Shown: positions 53,353 through 64,000 of the stretch, in pieces
How the letters are laid out: each line of letters starts with the position of its first letter
Numbering within the stretch: position 1 is the stretch's first letter
Program-made: the position numbers and the translations under genes
Source of the DNA: Auanema rhodensis
Taxonomy: Eukaryota > Animalia > Nematoda
DNA: 64,000 bases
NCBI GenBank assembly: GCA_964057225.1
Contig: OZ059896.1
Coordinates: forward strand, 19,530,001-19,594,000
Direction of reading: 5' to 3'
Notes under the pieces: model-generated
Database searches by the model: none
What the model was told of the DNA's origin: nothing
What the model saw: the letters and a program-made list of their open reading frames with translations, nothing else

Positions 53353-55458
53353 AAAATCCGCATCGAATGCACTACACTACATTGAGAAACGCTTAATACA
53401 AGAATTAGTTATGATCGTTTGAAAAATGATGCATTAGTGTATGTTGAGTTTCCATGTACACTCAACATTGCTTCCAAAAACATTTTGACAAAAATTTTTT
53501 CGAAAAATTTCAAAATAATTTAGCAAAAAGTAGATGTTTTTAGATTCCTTTTTTCAAGGCAAAGACGATGGACAATGTTATTCAACGAAAAAATTAATTC
53601 TTCAGGGTGAAAATCGAGGATATAAGTGTGAACTTATATCAGTTGATATCTCGGTGCACTTTTAAGCTAGCGCAAATCTGATAACACAGATCGACGCAGC
53701 TTAAAAATCCGCATCGAATGCACTATACTACATTGAGAAACGCTTAATACAAAAATTAGTTATGATCGTTTGAAAAATGATGCATTAGTGTATGTTGAGT
53801 TTCCATGTACACTCAACATTGCTTCCAAAAACATTTTGACAAAAATTTTTTCGAAAAATTTCAAAATAATTTAGCAAAAAGTAGATGTTTTTAGATTCCT
53901 TTTTTCAAGGCAAAGACGATGGACAATGTTATTCAACGAAAAAATTAATTCTTCAGGGTGAAAATCGAGGATATAAGTGTGAACTTATATCAGTTGATAT
54001 CTCGGTGCATTTTTAAGCTAGCGCAAATCTGATAACACAGATCGACGCAGCTTAAAAATCCGCATCGAATGCACTATACTACATTGAGTAACGCTTAATA
54101 CAAAAATTAGTTATGATCGTTTGAAAAATGATGCATTAGTGTATGTTGAGTTTCCATGTACACTCAACATTGCTTCCAAAAACATTTTGACAAAAATTTT
54201 TTCGAAAAATTTCAAAATAATTTAGCAAAAAGTAGATGTTTTTAGATTCCTTTTTTCAAGGCAAAGACGATGGACAATGTTATTCAACGAAAAAATTAAT
54301 TCTTCAGGGTGAAAATCGAGGATATAAGTGTGAACTTATATCAGTTGATATCTCGGTGCACTTTTAAGCTAGCGCAAATCTGATAACACAGATCGACGCA
54401 GCTTAAAAATCCGCATCGAATGCACTACACTACATTGAGAAACGCTTAATACAAGAATTAGTTATGATCGTTTGAAAAATGATGCATTAGTGTATGTTGA
54501 GTTTCCATGTACACTCAACATTGCTTCCAAAAACATTTTGACAAAAATTTTTTCGAAAAATTTCAAAATAATTTAGCAAAAAGTAGATGTTTTTAGATTC
54601 CTTTTTTCAAGGCAAAGACGATGGACAATGTTATTCAACGAAAAAATTAATTCTTCAGGGTGAAAATCGAGGATATAAGTGTGAACTTATATCAGTTGAT
54701 ATCTCGGTGCACTTTTAAGCTAGCGCAAATCTGATAACACAGATCGACGCAGCTTAAAAATCCGCATCGAATGCACTATACTACATTGAGAAACGCTTAA
54801 TACAAAAATTAGTTATGATCGTTTGAAAAATGATGCATTAGTGTATGTTGAGTTTCCATGTACACTCAACATTGCTTCCAAAAACATTTTGACAAAAATT
54901 TTTTCGAAAAATTTCAAAATAATTTAGCAAAAAGTAGATGTTTTTAGATTCCTTTTTTCAAGGCAAAGACGATGGACAATGTTATTCAACGAAAAAATTA
55001 ATTCTTCAGGGTGAAAATCGAGGATATAAGTGTGAACTTATATCAGTTGATATCTCGGTGCATTTTTAAGCTAGCGCAAATCTGATAACACAGATCGACG
55101 CAGCTTAAAAATCCGCATCGAATGCACTATACTACATTGAGTAACGCTTAATACAAAAATTAGTTATGATCGTTTGAAAAATGATGCATTAGTGTATGTT
55201 GAGTTTTCATGTACACTCAACATTGCTTCCAAAAACATTTTGACAAAAATTTTTTCGAAAAATTTCAAAATAATTTAGCAAAAAGTAGATGTTTTTAGAT
55301 TCCTTTTTTCAAGGCAAAGACGATGGACAATGTTATTCAACGAAAAAATTAATTCTTCAGGGTGAAAATCGAGAATATAAGTGTGAACTTATATCAGTTG
55401 ATATCTCGGTGCACTTTTAAGCTAGCGCAAATCTGATAACACAGATCGACGCAGCTTA
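53353..55458. repeat. 3-mer higher-order repeat x2, 1053-bp period
   Basis: p23C+p50G+p307C, consensus, p35T+p307C monomers start at 53353 and again at 54406. Confidence 0.75.
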
Positions 55459-56511
55459 AAAATCCGCATCGAATGCACTACACTACATTGAGAAACGCTT
55501 AATACAAGAATTAGTTATGATCGTTTGAAAAATGATGCATTAGTGTATGTTGAGTTTCCATGTACACTCAACATTGCTTCCAAAAACATTTTGACAAAAA
55601 TTTTTTCGAAAAATTTCAAAATAATTTAGCAAAAAGTAGATGTTTTTAGATTCCTTTTTTCAAGGCAAAGACGATGGACAATGTTATTCAACGAAAAAAT
55701 TAATTCTTCAGGGTGAAAATCGAGGATATAAGTGTGAACTTATATCAGTTGATATCTCGGTGCATTTTTAAGCTAGCGCAAATCTGATAACACAGATCGA
55801 CGCAGCTTAAAAATCCGCATCGAATGCACTATACTACATTGAGTAACGCTTAATACAAAAATTAGTTATGATCGTTTGAAAAATGATGCATTAGTGTATG
55901 TTGAGTTTCCATGTACACTCAACATTGCTTCCAAAAACATTTTGACAAAAATTTTTTCGAAAAATTTCAAAATAATTTAGCAAAAAGTAGATGTTTTTAG
56001 ATTCCTTTTTTCAAGGCAAAGACGATGGACAATGTTATTCAACGAAAAAATTAATTCTTCAGGGTGAAAATCGAGAATATAAGTGTGAACTTATATCAGT
56101 TGATATCTCGGTGCACTTTTAAGCTAGCGCAAATCTGATAACACAGATCGACGCAGCTTAAAAATCCGCATCGAATGCACTACACTACATTGAGAAACGC
56201 TTAATACAAGAATTAGTTATGATCGTTTGAAAAATGATGCATTAGTGTATGTTGAGTTTCCATGTACACTCAACATTGCTTCCAAAAACATTTTGACAAA
56301 AATTTTTTCGAAAAATTTCAAAATAATTTAGCAAAAAGTAGATGTTTTTAGATTCCTTTTTTCAAGGGAAAGACGATGGACAATGTTATTCAACGAAAAA
56401 ATTAATTCTTCAGGGTGAAAATCGAGGATATAAGTGTGAACTTATATCAGTTGATATCTCGGTGCACTTTTAAGCTAGCGCAAATCTGATAACACAGATC
56501 GACGCAGCTTA

Positions 56512-59500
56512 AAAATCCGCATCGAATGCACTACACTACATTGAAAAACGCTTAATACAAGAATTAGTTATGATCGCTTGAAAAATGATGCATTAGTGTA
56601 TGTTGAGTTTCCATGTACACTCAACATTGCTTCCAAAAACATTTTGACAAAAATTTTTTCGAAAAATTTCAAAATAATTTAGCAAAAAGTAGATGTTTTT
56701 AGATTCCTTTTTTCAAGGCAAAGACGATGGACAATGTTATTCAACGAAAAAATTAATTCTTCAGGGTGAAAATCGAGGATATAAGTGTGAACTTATATCA
56801 GTTGATATATCGGTGCATTTTTAAGCTAGCGCAAATCTGATAACACAGAACGACGCAGCTTAAAAATCCGCATCGAATGCACTATACTACATTGAGAAAC
56901 GCTTAATACAAAAATTAGTTATGATCGTTTGAAAAATGATGCATTAGTGTATGTTGAGTTTCCATGTACACTCAACATTGCTTCCAAAAACATTTTGACA
57001 AAAATTTTTTCGAAAAATTTCGAAATAATTTAGCAAAAAGTAGATGTTTTTAGATTCCTTTTTTCAAGGCAAAGACGATGGACAATGTTATTCAACGAAA
57101 AAATTAATTCTTCAGGGTGAAAATCGAGGATATAAGTGTGAACTTATATCAGTTGATATCTCGGTGCATTTTTAAGTTAGCGCAAATCTGATAACACAGA
57201 ACGACGCATCTTAAAAATCCGCATCGAATGCACTATACTACATTGAGTAACGCTTAATACAAAAATTAGTTATGATCGTTTGAAAAATGATGCATTAGTG
57301 TATGTTGAGTTTCCATGTACACTCAACATTGCTTCCAAAAACATTTTGACAAAAATTTTTTCGAAAAATTTCAAAATAATTCAGCAAAAAGTAGATGTTT
57401 TTAGATTCCTTTTTTCAAGGCAAAGACGATGGACAATGTTATTCAACGAAAAATTTAATTCTTCAGGGTGAAAATCGAGGATATAAGTGTGAACTTATAT
57501 CAGTTGATATCTCGGTGCACTTTTAAGCTAGCGCAAATCTGATAACACAGATCGACGCAGCTTAAAAATCCGCATCGAATGCACTACACTACATTGAGAA
57601 ACGCTTAATACAAGAATTAGTTATGATCGTTTGAAAAATGATGCATTAGTGTATGTTGAGTTTCCATGTACACTCAACATTGCTTCCAAAAACATTTTGA
57701 CAAAAATTTTTTCGAAAAATTTCAAATAATTTAGCAAAAAGTAGATGTTTTTAGATTCCTTTTTTCAAGGCAAAGACGATGGACAATGTTATTCAACGAA
57801 AAAATTAATTCTTCAGGGTGAAAATCGAGGATATAAGTGTGAACTTATATCAGTTGATATCTCGGTGCACTTTTAAGCTAGCGCAAATCTGATAACACAG
57901 ATCGACGCAGCTTAAAAATCCGCATCGAATGCACTACACTACATTGAGAAACGCTTAATACAAGAATTAGTTATGATCGTTTGAAAAATGATGCATTAGT
58001 GTATGTTGAGTTTCCATGTACACTCAACATTGCTTCCAAAAACATTTTGACAAAAATTTTTTCGAAAAATTTCAAAATAATTTAGCAAAAAGTAGATGTT
58101 TTTAGATTCCTTTTTTCAAGGCAAAGACGATGGACAATGTTATTCAACGAAAAAATTAATTCTTCAGGGTGAAAATCGAGGATATAAGTGTGAACTTATA
58201 TCAGTTGATATCTCGGTGCACTTTTAAGCTAGCGCAAATCTGATAACACAGATCGACGCAGCTTAAAAATCCGCATCGAATGCACTACACTACATTGAGA
58301 AACGCTTAATACAAAAATTAGTTATGATCGTTTGAAAAATGATGCATTAGTGTATGTTGAGTTTCCATGTACACTCAACATTGCTTCCAAAAACATTTTG
58401 ACAAAAATTTTTTCGAAAAATTTCAAAATAATTTAGCAAAAAGTAGATGTTTTTGGATTCCTTTTTTCAAGGCAAAGACGATGGACAATGTTATTCAACG
58501 AAAAAATTAATTCTTCAGGGTGAAAATCGAGGATATAAGTGTGAACTTATATCAGTTGATATCTCGGTGCACTTTTAAGCTAGCGCAAATCTGATAACAC
58601 AGATCGACGCAGCTTAAAAATCCGCATCGAATGCACTACACTACATTGAAAAACGCTTAATACAAGAATTAGTTATGATCGCTTGAAAAATGATGCATTA
58701 GTGTATGTTGAGTTTCCATGTACACTCAACATTGCTTCCAAAAACATTTTGACAAAAATTTTTTCGAAAAATTTCAAAATAATTTAGCAAAAAGTAGATG
58801 TTTTTAGATTCCTTTTTTCAAGGCAAAGACGATGGACAATGTTATTCAACGAAAAAATTAATTCTTCAGGGTGAAAATCGAGGATATAAGTGTGAACTTA
58901 TATCAGTTGATATATCGGTGCATTTTTAAGCTAGCGCAAATCTGATAACACAGAACGACGCAGCTTAAAAATCCGCATCGAATGCACTATACTACATTGA
59001 GAAACGCTTAATACAAAAATTAGTTATGATCGTTTGAAAAATGATGCATTAGTGTATGTTGAGTTTCCATGTACACTCAACATTGCTTCCAAAAACATTT
59101 TGACAAAAATTTTTTCGAAAAATTTCGAAATAATTTAGCAAAAAGTAGATGTTTTTAGATTCCTTTTTTCAAGGCAAAGACGATGGACAATGTTATTCAA
59201 CGAAAAAATTAATTCTTCAGGGTGAAAATCGAGGATATAAGTGTGAACTTATATCAGTTGATATCTCGGTGCATTTTTAAGTTAGCGCAAATCTGATAAC
59301 ACAGAACGACGCATCTTAAAAATCCGCATCGAATGCACTATACTACATTGAGTAACGCTTAATACAAAAATTAGTTATGATCGTTTGAAAAATGATGCAT
59401 TAGTGTATGTTGAGTTTCCATGTACACTCAACATTGCTTCCAAAAACATTTTGACAAAAATTTTTTCGAAAAATTTCAAAATAATTCAGCAAAAAGTAGA

Positions 59501-60370
59501 TGTTTTTAGATTCCTTTTTTCAAGGCAAAGACGATGGACAATGTTATTCAACGAAAAATTTAATTCTTCAGGGTGAAAATCGAGGATATAAGTGTGAACT
59601 TATATCAGTTGATATCTCGGTGCACTTTTAAGCTAGCGCAAATCTGATAACACAGATCGACGCAGCTTAAAAATCCGCATCGAATGCACTACACTACATT
59701 GAGAAACGCTTAATACAAGAATTAGTTATGATCGTTTGAAAAATGATGCATTAGTGTATGTTGAGTTTCCATGTACACTCAACATTGCTTCCAAAAACAT
59801 TTTGACAAAAATTTTTTCGAAAAATTTCAAATAATTTAGCAAAAAGTAGATGTTTTTAGATTCCTTTTTTCAAGGCAAAGACGATGGACAATGTTATTCA
59901 ACGAAAAAATTAATTCTTCAGGGTGAAAATCGAGGATATAAGTGTGAACTTATATCAGTTGATATCTCGGTGCACTTTTAAGCTAGCGCAAATCTGATAA
60001 CACAGATCGACGCAGCTTAAAAATCCGCATCGAATGCACTACACTACATTGAGAAACGCTTAATACAAGAATTAGTTATGATCGTTTGAAAAATGATGCA
60101 TTAGTGTATGTTGAGTTTCCATGTACACTCAACATTGCTTCCAAAAACATTTTGACAAAAATTTTTTCGAAAAATTTCAAAATAATTTAGCAAAAAGTAG
60201 ATGTTTTTAGATTCCTTTTTTCAAGGCAAAGACGATGGACAATGTTATTCAACGAAAAAATTAATTCTTCAGGGTGAAAATCGAGGATATAAGTGTGAAC
60301 TTATATCAGTTGATATCTCGGTGCACTTTTAAGCTAGCGCAAATCTGATAACACAGATCGACGCAGCTTA
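56512..60370. repeat. 6-mer higher-order repeat, 2105-bp period (about 1.8 copies)
   Basis: Rare variants are shared at an exact 2105-bp offset: p66C (56577/58682), p315T+p347T, the p169C read-through ORF (57280/59385) and a 1-bp deletion (about 57724/59829). Confidence 0.93.
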
Positions 60371-63300
60371 AAAATCCGCATCGAATGCACTACACTACAT
60401 TGAGAAACGCTTAATACAAAAATTAGTTATGATCGTTTGAAAAATGATGCATTAGTGTATGTTGAGTTTCCATGTACACTCAACATTGCTTCCAAAAACA
60501 TTTTGACAAAAAATTTTTCGAAAAATTTCAAAATAATTTAGCAAAAAGTAGATGTTTTTAGATTCCTTTTTTCAAGGCAAAGACGATGGACAATGTTATT
60601 CAACGAAAAAATTAATTCTTCAGGGTGAAAATCGAGGATATAAGTGTGAACTTATATCAGTTGATATATCGGTGCATTTTTAAGCTAGCGCAAATCTGAT
60701 AACACAGATCAACGCAGCTTAAAAATCCGCATCGAATGCACTATACTACATTGAGAAACGCTTAATACAAAAATTAGTTATGATCGTTTGAAAAATGATG
60801 CATTAGTGTATGTTGAGTTTCCATGTACACTCAACATTGCTTCCAAAAACATTTTGACAAAAATTTTTTTGAAAAATTTCAAAATAATTTAGCAAAAAGT
60901 AGATGTTTTTAGATTCCTATTTTCAAGGCAAAGACGATGGACAATGTTATTCAACGAAAAAATTAATTCTTCAGGGTGAAAATCGAGGATATAAGTGTAA
61001 ACTTATATCAGTCGATATCTCGGTGCATTTTTAAGCTAGCGCAAATCTGATAACACAGATCGACGCAGCTTAAAAATCCGCATCGAATGCACTATACTAC
61101 ATTGAGAAACGCTTAATACAAAAATTAGTTATGATCGTTTGAAAAATGATGCATTAGTGTATGTTGAGTTTCCATGTACACTCAACATTGCTTCCAAAAA
61201 CATTTTGACAAAAATTTTTTCGAAAAATTTCAAAATAATTTAGCAAAAAGTAGATATTTTTAGATTCCATTTTTCAAGGCAAAGACGATAGACAATGTTA
61301 TTCAACGAAAAAATTAATTCTTCAGGGTGAAAATCGAGGATATAAGTGTAAACTTATATCAGTTGATATCTCGGTGCATTTTTAAGCTAGCGCAAATCTG
61401 ATAACACAGATCGACGCAGCTTAAAAATCCGCATCGAATGCACTATACTACATTGAGAAACGCTTAATACAAAAATTAGTTATGATCGTTTGAAAAATGA
61501 TGCATTAGTGTATGTTGAGTTTCCATGTACACTCAACATTGCTTCCAAAAACATTTTGACAAAACTTTTTTCGAAAAATTTCAAAATAATTTAGCAAAAA
61601 GTAGATGTTTTTAGATTCCTTTTTTCAAGGCAAAGACGATGGACAATGTTATTCAACGAAAAAATTAATTCTTCAGGGTGAAAATCGAGGATATAAGTGT
61701 GAACTTATATCAGTTGATATATCGGTGCATTTTTAAGCTAGCGCAAATCTGATAACACAGATCAACGCAGCTTAAAAATCCGCATCGAATGCACTATACT
61801 ACATTGAGAAACGCTTAATACAAAAATTAGTTATGATCGTTTGAAAAATGATGCATTAGTGTATGTTGAGTTTCCATGTACACTCAACATTGCTTCCAAA
61901 AACATTTTGACAAAAATTTTTTTGAAAAATTTCAAAATAATTTAGCAAAAAGTAGATGTTTTTAGATTCCTTTTTTCAAGGCAAAGATGATGGACAATGT
62001 TATTCAACGAAAAAATTAATTCTTCAGGGTGAAAATCGAGGATATAAGTGTGAACTTATATCAGTTGATATCTCGGTGCATTTTTAAGCTAGCGCAAATC
62101 TCATAACACAGATCGACGCAGCTTAAAAATCCGCATCGAATGCACTATACTACATTGAGAAACGCTTAATACAAAAATTAGTTATGATCGTTTGAAAAAT
62201 GATGCATTAGTGTATGTTGAGTTTCCATGTACACTCAACATTGCTTCCAAAAACATTTTGACAAAAATTTTTTCGAAAAATTTCAAAATAATTTAGCAAA
62301 AAGTAGATGTTTTTAGATTCCTTTTTTCAAGGCAAAGACGATGGACAATGTTATTCAACAAAAAAATTAATTCTTCAGGGTGAAAATCGAGGATATAAGT
62401 GTGAACTTATATCAGTTGATATATCGGTGCATTTTTAAGCTAGCGCAAATCTGATAACACAGATCGACGCAGCTTAAAAATCCGCATCGAATGCACTATA
62501 CTACATTGAGAAACGCTTAATACAAAAATTAGTTATGATCGTTTGAAAAATGATGCATTAGTGTATGTTGAGTTTCCATGTACACTCAACATTGCTTCCA
62601 AAAACATTTTGACAAAAATTTTTTCGAAAAATTTCAAAATAATTTAGCAAAAAGTAGATGTTTTTAGATTCCTTTTTTCAAGGCAAAGACGATGGACAAT
62701 GTTATTCAACGAAAAAATTAATTCTTCAGGGTGAAAATCGAGGATATAAGTGTGAACTTATATCAGTTGATATATCGGTGCATTTTTAAGCTAGCGCAAA
62801 TCTGATAACACAGATCAACGCAGCTTAAAAATCCGCATCGAATGCACTATACTACATTGAGAAACGCTTAATACAAAAATTAGTTATGATCGTTTGAAAA
62901 ATGATGCATTAGTGTATGTTGAGTTTCCATGTACACTCAACATTGCTTCCAAAAACATTTTGACAAAAATTTTTTTGAAAAATTTCAAAATAATTTAGCA
63001 AAAAGTAGATGTTTTTAGATTCCTATTTTCAAGGCAAAGATGATGGACAATGTTATTCAACGAAAAAATTAATTCTTCAGGGTGAAAATCGAGGATATAA
63101 GTGTGAACTTATATCAGTTGATATCTCGGTGCATTTTTAAGCTAGCGCAAATCTCATAACACAGATCGACGCAGCTTAAAAATCCGCATCGAATGCACTA
63201 TACTACATTGAGAAACGCTTAATACAAAAATTAGTTATGATCGTTTGAAAAATGATGCATTAGTGTATGTTGAGTTTCCATGTACACTCAACATTGCTTC

Positions 63301-64000
63301 CAAAAACATTTTGACAAAAATTTTTTCGAAAAATTTCAAAATAATTTAGCAAAAAGTAGATGTTTTTAGATTCCTTTTTTCAAGGCAAAGACGATGGACA
63401 ATGTTATTCAACGAAAAAATTAATTCTTCAGGGTGAAAATCGAAAATATAAGTGTAAACTTATATCAGTTGATATCTCGGTGCATTTTTAAGCTAGCGCA
63501 AATCTGATAACAAAGATCGACGCAGCTTAAAAATCCGCATCGAATGCACTATACTACATTGAGAAACGCTTAATACAAGAATTAGTTATGATCGTTTGAA
63601 AAATGATGCATTAGTGTATGTTGAGTTTCCATGTACACTCAACATTGCTTCCAAAAACATTTTGACAAAAATTTTTTCGAAAAATTTCAAAATAATTTAG
63701 CAAAAAGTAGATGTTTTTAGATTCCATTTTTCAAGGCAAAGACGATGGACAATGTTATTCAACGAAAAAATTAATTCTTCAGGGTGAAAATCGAGGATAT
63801 AAGTGTAAACTTATATCAGTTGATATCTCGGTGCATTTTTAAGCTAGCGCAAATCTGATAACACAGATCAACGCAGCTTAAAAATCCGCATCGAATGCAC
63901 TATACTACATTGAGAAACGCTTAATACAAAAATTAGTTATGATCGTTTGAAAAATGATGCATTAGTGTATGTTGAGTTTCCATGTACACTCAACATTGCT

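Larger units (their letters stand above)
1..64000. repeat. Satellite DNA array: 351-bp AT-rich monomer, 182 full copies plus a 120-bp partial copy, head-to-tail, running off both window edges
   Basis: AAAATCCGCATCGAATGCAC recurs at 1, 352, 703 ... 28081, 35101, 42121, 56161 ... 63881. The 351-bp register is shifted only by four 1-bp indels (about 5403-5408 +A, about 24695 -A, about 57724 -A, about 59829 -A). No non-monomer sequence was seen. Confidence 0.99.

Noticed and set aside
1-64000. Repeat-encoded giant protein (351 is divisible by 3)
   Set aside because: The ORF track shows nothing longer than 63 aa, so no frame stays open across monomers, and 1-bp indels are tolerated.
1-64000. CRISPR-like or other repeat-spacer array
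   Set aside because: There are no unique spacers; the entire 351 bp is repeated, and there is no leader or cas gene.
1-64000. Pure assembly or sequencing artefact (concatemer of one unit)
   Set aside because: Copies carry structured, position-dependent, shared SNP haplotypes and very few homopolymer indels, as expected of a real evolving array. The exact monomer order still needs read support.

Overview
The whole 64 kb window is one uninterrupted head-to-tail tandem array of a single AT-rich (about 31% GC by hand count) 351-bp monomer. It holds 182 complete copies plus a 120-bp partial copy, all in the same orientation, each differing from the consensus at only a handful of positions. I saw only four 1-bp indels and no unique DNA, insertions, inversions, genes, RNA genes or CRISPR spacers. 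It is best read as a highly homogenised eukaryotic satellite DNA array, plausibly (peri)centromeric heterochromatin; I cannot identify the species or satellite family. The three 63-aa ORFs are artefacts of a TAG>CAG variant. The points of interest are structural and evolutionary. (i) The monomer is packed with inverted repeats, including a 67-nt hairpin and a 9-bp stem with a GNRA loop. (ii) Several variants each repair a mismatch in a local quasi-palindrome. (iii) A nearly invariant block of about 85 bp sits beside a hypervariable A-tract block. (iv) Diagnostic SNPs reveal local 3-, 4-, 5-, 6- and 8-mer higher-order repeats, chimeric monomers, larger block duplications and a nested variant domain. 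I found no evidence of a novel protein-coding system. Monomer positions (p) are relative to the copy at 1-351. All counts were made by eye and should be confirmed by alignment.
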